A stretch of 64,000 nucleotides of DNA from Pseudomonadota bacterium (lineage in GTDB: Bacteria; Pseudomonadota; Gammaproteobacteria; Eutrophobiales; Eutrophobiaceae), in the NCBI GenBank assembly GCA_022574295.1, contig JACZSJ010000001.1, positions 786 to 64,785 on the forward strand, written 5' to 3'. Under the pieces are notes generated by a model that searched no databases, had not been told where the DNA came from, and worked only from the letters and a program-made list of their open reading frames with translations. Positions 30,572-41,376 of this stretch are shown piece after piece. A program made the translations under genes and the position numbers. Each line of letters starts with the position of its first letter. The first letter of the stretch is position 1.

Positions 30572-32473
30572 ATGAGTAAAATATCTTTTAAATCAGTGGT
30601 AATCGCTGCGATCGCTCTGGTGGTGCCTGTAGTTGCGTCTGCGAATGATGAAGTTCGCAGCCTCATACAGAACCCTAACTATTGGGCGTTTCCTAGTGGT
30701 AACTACGACGGTCACCGATATACTGCGTTGAAGCAAATCAATAACAAGAATGTCGGTAAGTTACAAGTTGCGTGGACATTTTCTACAGGTGTTCTGCGTG
30801 GTCACGAAGGCGGTCCTCTGGTTCTGCCTGGTTCTGCAACTGGTCTGCCTGGTGATACGCTGTACATCCATGCTGCTTTCCCGAACAATACGTTTGCGAT
30901 TGATCTGGATACACTGCAAATCCTCTGGCATTTTGAACCACAGCAGGATTTCGACGTAACTGTTCCTGTGATGTGCTGTGACACGGTCAACCGTGGTCTT
31001 GGTTACTCAATGGGTCAGATTTATCTGCAGCAAGCTGACACCGTATTGGTGGCTCTAGATGCTAAAACAGGTAAAGTCAACTGGTCAGTTCAACAGGGTG
31101 GCGATATCTCGGCTGCCTTGGGTGGTCCTTACGGTCCTGAATCAGGTATGACCAATACCAACGCACCACATCCTATTAAAGACAAAGTCTTTACGGGTTG
31201 TTCTGGTGCTGAGTTTGGTGTCCGTTGCTGGATGGCCGCTTACAATGCAAAAGACGGTAGTCTGGCATGGCGTGCTTTCAGCATGGGCCCTGACGCAGAC
31301 ATGATGTTCGATGCAAACACAACCTCTCTGGGCAAGAAAGTTGGTAAGGATTCCAGCCTGAAGACCTGGAAGGGTGATCAGTGGAAGCAAGGCGGTGGTT
31401 CTGCTTGGGGTTATTGGCCTGCTGATTTCGACGAAAACCTGATGTACTACGGTACTGGTAATCCAGGGACCTGGAATCCGGTAGTTCGTCCTGGCGACAA
31501 TAAATGGTCTATGACTATGTTTGCTCGTGATATCGACACTGGTGTTGCACGTTGGGTCTATCAGATGACGCCTCATGATGAGTGGGACTATGATGGCGTT
31601 AATGAAATGATCCTGGCTGACTTCAAAGTTAAAGGCAAAATGACAAAAGCACTGGTTCATTTTGACCGTAATGGCTTTGCATATACCATGGACCGTATAA
31701 CAGGTGCTCTGTTAGTTGCTGAGAAATATGATCCAGCAGTGAACTGGGCAACAGGTATTGATATGAAAACAGGTCTGCCACAACGTGTTGCTAAATACAG
31801 TACACACGGTAACGGTGAAGACGTCGTTTCTAAAGACATCTGTCCTTCAGCTCTGGGCACCAAGGATCAACAGCCTGCTGCTTACTCACCACAGACAGGT
31901 CTTTTCTATGTACCTACCAACCACGTATGTATGACCTACGAACCAGTTAGCTATGCTGCTGGGGGTAACAAGTATGTTTCAGGTCAGGCTTTCGTGAATG
32001 CAAACTTAACCATGTATCCTGCTGGTGCTGTATGTCCGGATTGCCCGAACAACAACGCAGCAAAAGACAACATGGGTAACATGCTTGCATGGGATGCGAG
32101 CACAGGTAAGATTGTATGGAACATCGTTGAGCAGTATTCAGTTTGGTCAGGTGTACTCGCAACCGCAGGTGGCGTAGTGTTCTACGGTAACCTCGAAGGT
32201 TGGGCTAAAGCTGTCGATGCCAAGAGCGGCAAACTTCTCTGGAAGTTTAAAACTCCTTCAGGCATCATCGGTAGCTTCAATAGCTGGGCATACAAAGGCA
32301 AGCAGTATGTCGGTGTCTTATCAGGTATTGGTGGTTGGGCTGGCGCAGTTGTTGCTATCCCAGGTTTAGCCGCAGCTCCTGACACAGCAGCACTTGGTGC
32401 TGTTGGTGGTTACAGGAGTCTGTTGCAGCACTCACGTGCTGGTGGTGTTTTGATGGTGTTCGCACTGCCATAA
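30572..32473 (+). CDS. xoxF: PQQ-dependent methanol dehydrogenase, XoxF-type (lanthanide-type DYD motif)
   Basis: 633 aa with a signal peptide, the vicinal disulfide PVMCCD, and the tryptophan-docking repeats typical of the 8-bladed PQQ propeller. The motif W-D-Y-D-G (nt about 31583-31597) has Asp where MxaF-type enzymes have Ala. XoxJ-like and SoxYZ-like partners are adjacent. Confidence 0.8.
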   Translation: MSKISFKSVVIAAIALVVPVVASANDEVRSLIQNPNYWAFPSGNYDGHRYTALKQINNKNVGKLQVAWTFSTGVLRGHEGGPLVLPGSATGLPGDTLYIHAAFPNNTFAIDLDTLQILWHFEPQQDFDVTVPVMCCDTVNRGLGYSMGQIYLQQADTVLVALDAKTGKVNWSVQQGGDISAALGGPYGPESGMTNTNAPHPIKDKVFTGCSGAEFGVRCWMAAYNAKDGSLAWRAFSMGPDADMMFDANTTSLGKKVGKDSSLKTWKGDQWKQGGGSAWGYWPADFDENLMYYGTGNPGTWNPVVRPGDNKWSMTMFARDIDTGVARWVYQMTPHDEWDYDGVNEMILADFKVKGKMTKALVHFDRNGFAYTMDRITGALLVAEKYDPAVNWATGIDMKTGLPQRVAKYSTHGNGEDVVSKDICPSALGTKDQQPAAYSPQTGLFYVPTNHVCMTYEPVSYAAGGNKYVSGQAFVNANLTMYPAGAVCPDCPNNNAAKDNMGNMLAWDASTGKIVWNIVEQYSVWSGVLATAGGVVFYGNLEGWAKAVDAKSGKLLWKFKTPSGIIGSFNSWAYKGKQYVGVLSGIGGWAGAVVAIPGLAAAPDTAALGAVGGYRSLLQHSRAGGVLMVFALP

Positions 32474-32506
32474 GTAAGTAGCACGTAACAAACTAAGTAG
32501 TATTAA

Positions 32507-32539
32507 AGCCCTGACCTTTTATAAGGTCGGGGCTTTTTT
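32507..32539 (+). terminator. Rho-independent terminator after xoxF
   Basis: AGCCCTGACC-ttttataa-GGTCGGGGCT hairpin followed by TTTTTT. Confidence 0.75.
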
Positions 32540-32890
32540 AATCAGTATGTGGTATGTGGTCCCTCTTGCTGAGGGAGTGTGGAAATCTAATGAATCACAA
32601 AATCCTGGAAAGTTCCGTAATATGGTAAAAAACTTTGCCTTGTTCACCAGGTCATAGTGGGTGTACCCGCTAAATGATATCTTTCGCATGCATTTATTTG
32701 GACTTAAGCGCTTTGAATAGAGTTTATTAATTATATATTAGGGATTGAATTTACAGAGTAAATCCATCAATATTAAACAATGTGCCCATGCCAAATGGTC
32801 CTGTGCAGTCGACAGCTAGAAAGTCTGCATATGGCGATGGTGGTACACAATCGTTTTAAATAGTACGAAGCCTCACTGGAGAAGGTTAAG

Positions 32891-33313
32891 ATGAAAATAA
32901 TGAAAATTGCTTTAATATCTGCTGCTTTATCAGTATTACTCGTATCTTTCAACGCAGCTGCAGAAGAACATTTGGTTGTCTCTGGCGCGACCAACTTTAT
33001 TCCCATGCATCTTTTTATTAAACCTGGGGATACTGTCAAATGGACAAACATGACCATCCATAATAGTGAATCTATGGAGGGTCTGATCCCGAAAGGTGCA
33101 GAACCATGGAAATCCAACATTGGTCAGGAATTGGCCGTGACCCTGGATGTCGAAGGTGTTTATATCTATAAGTGCTTTCCTCACTTTGCTAACGGCATGG
33201 TGGCAGCCATCATTGTTGGCGAAGCAAATAATATGAATCAACTTGATAATAATGCCAAAGGCAGGGAGAAGGGCGTCATCTTTAAGCTGAAGAAGAAACT
33301 TGCAGCAAAATAA
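32891..33313 (+). CDS. Pseudoazurin-family blue copper protein (cupredoxin)
   Basis: Signal peptide. Type-1 copper ligand pattern H..C-F-P-H-x(4)-M (YKCFPHFANGMV), as in pseudoazurin. Confidence 0.7.
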   Translation: MKIMKIALISAALSVLLVSFNAAAEEHLVVSGATNFIPMHLFIKPGDTVKWTNMTIHNSESMEGLIPKGAEPWKSNIGQELAVTLDVEGVYIYKCFPHFANGMVAAIIVGEANNMNQLDNNAKGREKGVIFKLKKKLAAK

Positions 33314-33334
33314 GATCCAGTAACGGCCCATAAA

Positions 33335-34237
33335 ATGATTAACTTCAATAAAGATGCTCAACGATCAGGGCGAAAGTATTTTGTCCTGATTACAATGCTG
33401 ATCCTCGGTTTTACCAGTAACATTGCGATTGCAGAAGATTCTAAATACAAGGAACGACCTGTTCTGAAAGTGTGTGCAGATCCTCAGTTGATGCCATTTT
33501 CTAATAAAAACGAAGAAGGCCTGGAAAACAAGATTGCTGAGTTATTAGCCAAAGAACTCGGGGCCGAACTCAAATATGTATGGTTTCCACAGCGAATGGG
33601 GTTTATTCGTAATACGCTTCGTTCTGAAGAAAATGGTATTTTCAAATGTGATCTGGTTTTGAGTGTGCCGGAACACTTTGAACTGGCCGCTACAACCAAG
33701 CCATATTACGCTTCAACTTATGCATTAGTGTACGTTAAGGGAAGAGGGTTAGACAGTGTTACGGAGCCGGATATGCTTGAGACACTGAACGATGAGAGAC
33801 AAGATATTAAAATTGGTCTGTTTGATCGTGGCCCGGCGCAACTCTGGGTTTTTCAGCGTAATCTGATGGATAATATGGTCCCGTATCAATTACAGCTGGG
33901 TGATGCCAGGAAGAACCCAACTGAAATTATCTTGAGTGATCTGCTTGATGGAAAGTTCGATGCGACCATTGTTTGGGGTCCGACGGCAGCATATTTTGCC
34001 ACACAGAACAAAGATAAAGGTGAATTGGTGATACTACCGTTAAAGGATGATCTAAAATTACCGGAAATGAAATTTGTATACAATATGTCGATGGCTGTCA
34101 GGCATGCTGATAAGGAATGGAAAGAACAATTAAATGGATTGATTGATAAATATCAGGAAGATATCAATGCTATTATCAGCAGCTATGGTATCCCTATCGT
34201 TGAAGTAATACCAAAGCCAGCATTAGATGATGATTAG
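33335..34237 (+). CDS. xoxJ: Quinoprotein dehydrogenase-associated periplasmic binding protein (MxaJ/XoxJ family)
   Basis: Signal peptide followed by PVLKVCADPQLMPFSN, matching the LRVCADPxNLPFS signature of MxaJ/XoxJ. About 300 aa. Confidence 0.7.
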   Translation: MINFNKDAQRSGRKYFVLITMLILGFTSNIAIAEDSKYKERPVLKVCADPQLMPFSNKNEEGLENKIAELLAKELGAELKYVWFPQRMGFIRNTLRSEENGIFKCDLVLSVPEHFELAATTKPYYASTYALVYVKGRGLDSVTEPDMLETLNDERQDIKIGLFDRGPAQLWVFQRNLMDNMVPYQLQLGDARKNPTEIILSDLLDGKFDATIVWGPTAAYFATQNKDKGELVILPLKDDLKLPEMKFVYNMSMAVRHADKEWKEQLNGLIDKYQEDINAIISSYGIPIVEVIPKPALDDD

Positions 34238-34273
34238 TCCCCCTATTAGTTAGAAATTAAGAATTGATAAAAA

Positions 34274-35041
34274 ATGATTAGATATTTATTACTGGTGGTT
34301 TTCCTTTCAAGCTCATTATCAGCGGTCGCTGAGGAAACGGCAAAAGAAGAAATAAAGCCACAGATTGGCTCAATGGATGATTCAGGAAGGGTTGACCCGG
34401 ATGAATACGAATTTTCAAATGCCGAAAATAAATTGTGGATGGATAACCATTTACTAAATATTAAGCAGGCAGTAAGGCTACACTATGAGTTTGAGAAGAC
34501 AGGCTCTTATGAAGATGGTTTCATTGACGATGTCTATCTGGATATTGTTAAAATAAATGAAGACGGCACAAGGGATGCTGTCCTGGATTTCTTTTCAGAC
34601 GAACAAAAACAAAAGGTGTCACCGAGCAATGTGAAGAATATCACGGGTAATCCGGTGATAGGCATATATCTACAGGGCGACGTTTACGAAATGAGTCGTT
34701 TTACTGAAGGCAACTGGAAGTATTTTCATCGACAAATTAAGCTGGCGATGGCAGATAGCAATACCAGTGAGCATGTGACTGTTGAACTTGAAGGGAAGCT
34801 GTATCAGGGCGAAAAAATTGTACTGTATCCCTATGAAAATATTAAACAGAAAAGTCGCTTAAAAGAATTTTCTGATAAGCGTTATGAATTTATTCTATCG
34901 GATGAAATACCAGGAAAGTTATATCAAATAAGAACAGTAATTAACGACGCAGAAAATCCAGCTGTCCCTTTGGTGGAAGAAGTATTAACGTTAAAGAGTG
35001 TGGAGTTCGCTACTAAGGTTGTTGCCAAAAACGAAAATTAA
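34274..35041 (+). CDS. Periplasmic hypothetical protein in the xox cluster
   Basis: Signal peptide MIRYLLLVVFLSSSLSAVA. No recognisable motifs. Co-directional with and immediately after xoxJ. Confidence 0.45.
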   Translation: MIRYLLLVVFLSSSLSAVAEETAKEEIKPQIGSMDDSGRVDPDEYEFSNAENKLWMDNHLLNIKQAVRLHYEFEKTGSYEDGFIDDVYLDIVKINEDGTRDAVLDFFSDEQKQKVSPSNVKNITGNPVIGIYLQGDVYEMSRFTEGNWKYFHRQIKLAMADSNTSEHVTVELEGKLYQGEKIVLYPYENIKQKSRLKEFSDKRYEFILSDEIPGKLYQIRTVINDAENPAVPLVEEVLTLKSVEFATKVVAKNEN

Positions 35042-35080
35042 TCACTGATCAGGGACAGGTTAAATAATTTTTTGACAGAG

Positions 35081-35113
35081 AAAGGGTGGTATCTGATGAT
35101 ACCACCCTTTTTG
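35081..35113. terminator. Bidirectional rho-independent terminator
   Basis: AAAGGGTGGTATCTGATGATACCACCCTTTTTG lying between convergent genes. Confidence 0.8.
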
Positions 35114-35184
35114 TTTGGGGAGGTTTTAATTTGATGAATTAAATTTAATCCAATTAATAGTGAGTAGCGAGTTCTTAGTTAGTT

Positions 35185-37980
35185 TCAGGCTGTTTGTTTT
35201 TTGCGACTAATTGTATCTTGATCACGACCCCCCGATGTTAATTTTACAGCACAGAATTTAAACTCAGGAATTTTAGCGAAAGGATCCAATGCATCATTGG
35301 ATATTAAGTTAGCAGCAGCTTCACTGAAAGTGAAAGGCATCATGACGACGCCTTTTTGCATATGCTCATCAGCACGTGTCGTCGCTGCAATTCTTCCACG
35401 TCTTGATTCAATCACCAGAATATCACCTGTCTTCATATTAAAGTCCTTCAAATCTTCAGGATTGATCATGATGCATGGACCAGGTTCGATTGCATCCAGA
35501 ACCCGACAGTGGCGTGTCATCGTGCCAGTATGCCAGTGTTCTAATTGACGGCCTGTTGTAAAAATAAACGGGTAGTCTTTGTCGGGTAATTCGGCCGGCT
35601 CTATATGTTCAGCAGGTATAAAACGGCCTCTGCCATCGTCGGTCGGAAATATACCATCTTTAAATATCACTGGTTCACCAGCATCACCTTCATTTTCAAG
35701 CGGGTAGGTTAATGAATCTTCCTGCTCAAGTCGTTCCCACGTCATTCCCGCCATACTGGGGACTGCTTTACGAATTTCTTCAAAGACGTCTTCAGGGCCA
35801 TCATAGCTCCAGTCCAGGCCAATTCGGTTTGCTAGCTCCTGAATGATCCACAAATCCTGGCGTGCATCTCCTGGTGGATCGATTGCCTGACGTCCCATTT
35901 GTACACGCCGATCAGTATTTGTGAATGTACCGGTTTTTTCAGGGAAGGCAGAAGCTGGTAAAATCACGTCGGCGTAACTACATGTCTCAGTAAAGAAAAT
36001 ATCCTGTATAACCAGATGATCCAACTTTGATAAGGCCTCGCGGGCATGATGCAGGTTGGGATCGGACATAGCTGGATTTTCTCCCATAATATAGAGTCCA
36101 TTCAGGTCTCCACCATGAATTGCATGCATGATCTCAACAATAGTCTTGCCGATATTTGGATCGAGTTTCTTGCCCCAGAGTTTTTCAAATTTTGCCCTTA
36201 CATTCGGGTCAGTAACGGGTTGGTAATCCGGATAAACCATGGGGATTACGCCTACATCAGAGGTCCCTTGCACGTTGTTTTGTCCGCGTAGTGGATGTAA
36301 ACCGGTGCTGGGTCTGCCGATTTGACCGGTCATCAGCGCAAGTGATATCAGGCAGCGAGCATTATCAGTTCCATGTATATGTTGGGATATACCCATTCCC
36401 CAGAAAATGATAGCCGTTTTAGCTTTTGCATAAAGTCGAGCGACAGTTTTGATTGTCTCTGCAGGGATATAACAAATTGGTGCTACTTTTTCCGGGCTGT
36501 AATCTTTAATGACTTTCTTTAACGCTTCAAAACCATCGGTGTGGTCTTTTATAAATGCATCGTTTTGCAGGCCTTCTTCAATGATGGTGTGCATCATTGC
36601 ATTGAGTAATAGGACATCAGTTCCCGGTTTAAGTTGCAGCAAGTGTTCTGCATGAAGATACATCTCAGAGCCATACGGTTCGATCAGAACTAATTTACTG
36701 CCGCGATCAATGGCATTCTTCATGAAGGTCGCTGCGACCGGATGGTTATCGTTTGGTCGTGCACCGATGACAATCATGACTTCAGCGCCAACACCGTCAG
36801 CGACCTGATTCGATACGGCAGCTGAACCTATCGTTTCTAATAGCGCGACAACCGAAGAAGCATGACAAAGTCGGGTACAATGATCGACATTATTGGTACC
36901 AAAACCGGTACGTACCAGTTTTTGCACTAAATAAGCTTCCTCATTACTTCCTTTAGCACAACCAAAACCGGCAAGTGCCTGTGGACCTTTATTATCTCTA
37001 ATTTCTTTAAGACCGTGTGCAGCGAAATCAAGCGCTTCTTCCCAGCTTGTTTCCCTGAAATATTTGTGCATTTCAAGCGGGTCGATTAGATCTGGAGTTT
37101 TTATTGCATCTTCGCGACGGATAAAAGGTTTGGTTAAACGATCAATATGATGCACATAATCAAAACCGTAACGTCCCTTTACACAGAGACGACTTTTATT
37201 AGCAGGTCCATCCCGTCCATCAACAGATAGAATGTGATTATTTTTAACATTGTAGGTTAATTGACAGCCAACGCCACAATAAGGGCAGACTGACTCAACT
37301 TTTTTATCCGGTTCTATCAATCCAACATTCCTTGCTGGCATAAGCGCACCAGTCGGACAGGCTTGTACACATTCACCACACGCGACACAGGTGCTCTCTC
37401 CCATCTCTTCGTCCATATCAAATACAATTTTGGCGTGGCTGCCTCGAAACGCCATACCAATTACATCATTGACCTGTTCTTCACGACAGGCCCGAATACA
37501 GCGAGTGCATTGGATACAGGCATCCAGGTTAACGGAAATAGCCGAATGGGATAGATCGGCTTTAGGTTGTTTACGTTGATGAAAACGCGGGTCGTAAATT
37601 TCGAACTTATTGGCCCAGTAGTCAAGTTCCGAGTTTAATGTATAGGGCGATTTTCCCTGTTGAGGCATATCCGAGAGTAATAACTCCAGTACCATCTTTT
37701 GTGAATGGATAGCTCGTTCATTCTCACTGTTAACTTTCATGTCTTCAGTGGGCTGACGACAGCATGATGGTGCCAGAACTCTTTCGCCCTCAATCTCAAC
37801 CATGCATACTCGGCAATTCCCATCAGAGCGATAGCCTTCCTTGTAACAAAGATGAGGAATTTCAATATCGTTGCGTTTGGCCGCCTGAAGTATGGTTTCA
37901 TCGCCATAGGCTACGATATCCTCTCCATTCAGGTTGAAGGTGACAGCTTTTTCATTCATAACTTTTGGATTTGCAGCCAT
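35185..37980 (-). CDS. fdsA: NAD-dependent formate dehydrogenase alpha subunit (molybdopterin/tungstopterin; FdsA/Fdh1A-like)
   Basis: 931 aa. The N-terminus carries NuoG-like 2Fe-2S and 4Fe-4S cysteine clusters. The Mo-bisPGD domain has an active-site-like LCHASS motif (Cys-His). Confidence 0.85.
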   Translation of the reverse strand: MAANPKVMNEKAVTFNLNGEDIVAYGDETILQAAKRNDIEIPHLCYKEGYRSDGNCRVCMVEIEGERVLAPSCCRQPTEDMKVNSENERAIHSQKMVLELLLSDMPQQGKSPYTLNSELDYWANKFEIYDPRFHQRKQPKADLSHSAISVNLDACIQCTRCIRACREEQVNDVIGMAFRGSHAKIVFDMDEEMGESTCVACGECVQACPTGALMPARNVGLIEPDKKVESVCPYCGVGCQLTYNVKNNHILSVDGRDGPANKSRLCVKGRYGFDYVHHIDRLTKPFIRREDAIKTPDLIDPLEMHKYFRETSWEEALDFAAHGLKEIRDNKGPQALAGFGCAKGSNEEAYLVQKLVRTGFGTNNVDHCTRLCHASSVVALLETIGSAAVSNQVADGVGAEVMIVIGARPNDNHPVAATFMKNAIDRGSKLVLIEPYGSEMYLHAEHLLQLKPGTDVLLLNAMMHTIIEEGLQNDAFIKDHTDGFEALKKVIKDYSPEKVAPICYIPAETIKTVARLYAKAKTAIIFWGMGISQHIHGTDNARCLISLALMTGQIGRPSTGLHPLRGQNNVQGTSDVGVIPMVYPDYQPVTDPNVRAKFEKLWGKKLDPNIGKTIVEIMHAIHGGDLNGLYIMGENPAMSDPNLHHAREALSKLDHLVIQDIFFTETCSYADVILPASAFPEKTGTFTNTDRRVQMGRQAIDPPGDARQDLWIIQELANRIGLDWSYDGPEDVFEEIRKAVPSMAGMTWERLEQEDSLTYPLENEGDAGEPVIFKDGIFPTDDGRGRFIPAEHIEPAELPDKDYPFIFTTGRQLEHWHTGTMTRHCRVLDAIEPGPCIMINPEDLKDFNMKTGDILVIESRRGRIAATTRADEHMQKGVVMMPFTFSEAAANLISNDALDPFAKIPEFKFCAVKLTSGGRDQDTISRKKQTA

Positions 37981-39641
37981 TATTCAAATTCCTCAGGAAA
38001 ATATTTTATTGCACAACGTAATGGGTTCGGGGCTGCCTGACCCAGGCCACAAATAGAGGCATCTTCCATTGCCCGTGCCAGTTCTTCTAATAAGGACTGA
38101 TCCCAATATTTTTCTTCCATCAACTTAACTGCTTTTTCAGTTCCTACCCGACAAGGCGTGCATTGCCCACAGGACTCATCTTCGAAAAATCGCATTGCAT
38201 TTAACGCCATATTTTTAACGCTGTCTTTATCTGATAGTACGACAATCGCGGCTGAGCCAATAAAACAACCATGTTCCTGTAATGTATCAAAGTCGAGTGG
38301 AACGTCACCTAAAGAGGCAGGGAGTATCCCGCCAGATGCGCCACCAGGGAAATAGCCATAAAATTTATGACCATCCAGCATACCGTCACAGTATTCTTCA
38401 ATCAATTCACGTATTGTAATGCCTGCTGGTGCAAGATATACACCGGGTTTATTAATTCGACCACTGACAGAAAATGATCTTAATCCACTTCGTTCATGAC
38501 GGCCTTCAGATGAAAACCATTCCGGACCCTTTTCGATGATGTCCCGAACCCAATGCATTGATTCCATATTTTGTTCTAATGTCGGTCGCCCAAACAGACC
38601 GACCTGAGCAACATAAGGGGGACGTAGGCGTGGTAGCCCACGTTTGCCCTCGATGGATTCGATCATAGCGGACTCTTCGCCACATATATAAGCACCTGCA
38701 CCGCGACGCAAATGGATATTGGGTAATGGGCAGGGGGGATCTTGCTTTAATGCGGACAGTTCCTTTTCCAATGCTTTTCTGCAGCCTGCATATTCATCCC
38801 TCAAATAGATATATATATCCTCAGCTTCGATTGCCCAATGCGCTATTAATGTCCCTTCAATAAATCGATGAGGATCCCGTTCGAGGTAATATCGATCCTT
38901 GAATGTTCCCGGTTCTCCTTCATCAATGTTAATAGCAATTAGTCGAGGCTTGGATTGTTGACGTAAAATGCGCCACTTTTGCCCTGTTGGAAAGCCTGCA
39001 CCACCGAGTCCACGGAGTTTCGAATCTTCCAGTATTTTAATGATCTCTTCTCGATCGTGTTTTCCATTAACACAATCAATCAGCGTTTGATAACCACCAG
39101 ATTTTCGATAGCTGGCATAGTCAATATACTCTGGCATTGCTGCGTCAAACTCTCTCCTATTTACAGCATTGTCTATTTTCCCCTGGTTGGCATGCTCAAT
39201 TGGGTTTGTGCCAACAACGGCAACAGGGGCTGTATCACACCGACCGATACATGGCACAGCTTGAATTCTGACATCATCTTTATATTTGGCTTCTAGCTGA
39301 TTAATGAGCTCTTTAGCGCCAAACATCTCGCAAGTGAGTGATTCACATACCCGGATGGTTAGTGTTGGCGGAGGTGGCTCATTTTCGTTTAACACGTCAA
39401 AGTGATGATAAAACGTGGCCGTTTCATAGATTTCAGCCATTGGTAGGCTCATGTCTATGGCGAGTGCAAGAATATGACGATTTGAAATATGGTGATAGTG
39501 ATCCTGTATTTTATGGAGATTCTCAATCAACATATCGCGCGTGCGGGGCGCATCACCTAGAAGCTGCCGAACTTCTGCTAAAGATTTATGGGGTGTAGTA
39601 CGACCTTGAACACGACCTTTTTTCCCACGTGTACGTTTCAT
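37980..39641 (-). CDS. fdsB: NAD-dependent formate dehydrogenase beta subunit (NuoE-like plus NuoF-like fusion; FdsB/Fdh1B-like)
   Basis: 553 aa with an N-terminal thioredoxin-like 2Fe-2S domain and the NuoF flavin/NADH motifs (GLGGAGFPTGQKW, ESCGQCTPCR). Confidence 0.85.
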   Translation of the reverse strand: MKRTRGKKGRVQGRTTPHKSLAEVRQLLGDAPRTRDMLIENLHKIQDHYHHISNRHILALAIDMSLPMAEIYETATFYHHFDVLNENEPPPPTLTIRVCESLTCEMFGAKELINQLEAKYKDDVRIQAVPCIGRCDTAPVAVVGTNPIEHANQGKIDNAVNRREFDAAMPEYIDYASYRKSGGYQTLIDCVNGKHDREEIIKILEDSKLRGLGGAGFPTGQKWRILRQQSKPRLIAINIDEGEPGTFKDRYYLERDPHRFIEGTLIAHWAIEAEDIYIYLRDEYAGCRKALEKELSALKQDPPCPLPNIHLRRGAGAYICGEESAMIESIEGKRGLPRLRPPYVAQVGLFGRPTLEQNMESMHWVRDIIEKGPEWFSSEGRHERSGLRSFSVSGRINKPGVYLAPAGITIRELIEEYCDGMLDGHKFYGYFPGGASGGILPASLGDVPLDFDTLQEHGCFIGSAAIVVLSDKDSVKNMALNAMRFFEDESCGQCTPCRVGTEKAVKLMEEKYWDQSLLEELARAMEDASICGLGQAAPNPLRCAIKYFPEEFE

Positions 39642-40477
39642 GCTACTTTTTTGAGGTTGAGTGTTTGTAAGATCAGGATTTCTCCCTTTCCATTACGTGC
39701 CAAATCACCTGAAAAACGATGTGCTTCTGGTCCAAATTTATTGAAAATTGAAAATTCTTTACCCATATTCGAGAGTTGTGTAAACAGCAAGCGTAAAAAC
39801 TGTATTTTTAAATTTCCGTTGCTTTTAAATGTAGCGGTGATATGAGCGGGTTTCTTCGCCAGAATGATTGTCCCGCGTCGCATCCCAGCACCTGGGTTCT
39901 TTCCAGCTTTATCAAGGACAATAATTGTTCCTGCATGCATGCGGCTACCACAAAAATCACCTGCCTTACCATATATAATAATCATGCCGCTACGCATTCT
40001 GTCGCCGACACGATCCCCGGCAGAACCAGATATTTTGATCATGCCATCAGTCATGCCAAATGTATCACCAGGTTTGCCAGCACCGATATGATCACCAGCA
40101 TTGCCATTAATATCAATGCGACCACCAGACATATTGTTTCCGACCCATGACCCCGCGTTTCCGTTAATTGTAATAATGCCTCCTTGTAAATATGAGCCAA
40201 GAATTTTACCAACATCGCCATTCACATTGATTGATCCATAGGACATTTTTCTACCGACTGACACGAGCTTTTCACAACTACGATTGATCTGAATATTTTT
40301 AGAATCTGACCCAGTCACATTGAAGAGTGTGTCCAATACCACCTTGTTTTTACCATAAGGCAGCTTCAGGGATTTAATTTTAGTTTTGTTCAAACCAGCA
40401 AGATTATCGGGCGTTAATTGAGCAACATCCAAAGTAAACTTTGGTCGAATCTTTAATGTAAAGGTTAACGGATTCAT
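39638..40477 (-). CDS. fhcC: Formylmethanofuran dehydrogenase subunit C homolog (Fhc complex subunit C)
   Basis: Gly-rich beta-helix repeats (INGNAG..IDINGNAG), as in FwdC. 4-nt overlaps with the neighbouring genes. Confidence 0.8.
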   Translation of the reverse strand: MNPLTFTLKIRPKFTLDVAQLTPDNLAGLNKTKIKSLKLPYGKNKVVLDTLFNVTGSDSKNIQINRSCEKLVSVGRKMSYGSINVNGDVGKILGSYLQGGIITINGNAGSWVGNNMSGGRIDINGNAGDHIGAGKPGDTFGMTDGMIKISGSAGDRVGDRMRSGMIIIYGKAGDFCGSRMHAGTIIVLDKAGKNPGAGMRRGTIILAKKPAHITATFKSNGNLKIQFLRLLFTQLSNMGKEFSIFNKFGPEAHRFSGDLARNGKGEILILQTLNLKKVA

Positions 40478-41370
40478 TTCATTATCTTCCTGAGATGAAA
40501 ATGATACGGCCCCAAATCACCGCCATAATTACCAGCACTGATGCGGCATATGCCTTTTTTTGGGCCATACGAGCAGACTGCTTTAATACCAACACGCATT
40601 GCTTCGTTGATTGATTCTTCATCAAGACCATCAATAACAATTTCCAGAACAGAGCCGATCTCATCAGTCAGTTCTGAATCAACCTGTCCTTTTAATGTAG
40701 GACAATAAGCCTCATTGGTTGATGCCGGAAGAAAATCATATTTCGATCCGACTTTTGAACCTGATCCAACAATCCCCCCCGGGAAAGCAGTAATGACACC
40801 TGGAACTTTTTGAATTTCTTCAACTGCCTTTTCACAAGCCGATAAAGCATGGCGTGTGGTTTTTGCCAGCACAAGAAAGTTTCCGCCGCCTACAGCTTTG
40901 GTAGAGCCAGTAGTATCTTCACAAATGAATTCACCATGCATAACGGGGATGCGCCAAAATCTTCGGCTGTTGATTTTTTTTGATATTTGATAGCCATCAC
41001 CAAAATAACGCAGGCTTTTGCCCATGGGAATTTGATGACCATCACGAATGCCAGCGTAACAGGCTGCTGTTGCTGTAGTCATCACAGATTGGCCTACACG
41101 CATCGGGATTTGTTTTTCCAGGTCTTTCATAGACATTGCGAATATCAGTAGTGATATCCCAGGTCGACCATCAGGTGTCTCTGAAGGTGACAACTCTTTT
41201 TCAATATCTGCTTCACAACCGCAAGCGATAACCGATGAAGCAAATCCTCTGAGTGCGTTTGCTGCTCTGTATGCCCATTTTAAATTCATTGCTGTAATAA
41301 TAATGCGCGTGGCTTTCATAGGGAAAGCCTCTGCAAAAGTATCATCAATATATACGCCGTTTATTTTCAT
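40474..41370 (-). CDS. fhcD: Formylmethanofuran--tetrahydromethanopterin N-formyltransferase (Ftr; FhcD)
   Basis: 298-aa Ftr family protein (MKINGVYIDDTFAEAFPMKATRIIITA). Confidence 0.85.
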   Translation of the reverse strand: MKINGVYIDDTFAEAFPMKATRIIITAMNLKWAYRAANALRGFASSVIACGCEADIEKELSPSETPDGRPGISLLIFAMSMKDLEKQIPMRVGQSVMTTATAACYAGIRDGHQIPMGKSLRYFGDGYQISKKINSRRFWRIPVMHGEFICEDTTGSTKAVGGGNFLVLAKTTRHALSACEKAVEEIQKVPGVITAFPGGIVGSGSKVGSKYDFLPASTNEAYCPTLKGQVDSELTDEIGSVLEIVIDGLDEESINEAMRVGIKAVCSYGPKKGICRISAGNYGGDLGPYHFHLRKIMK

Positions 41371-41376
41371 TATATT

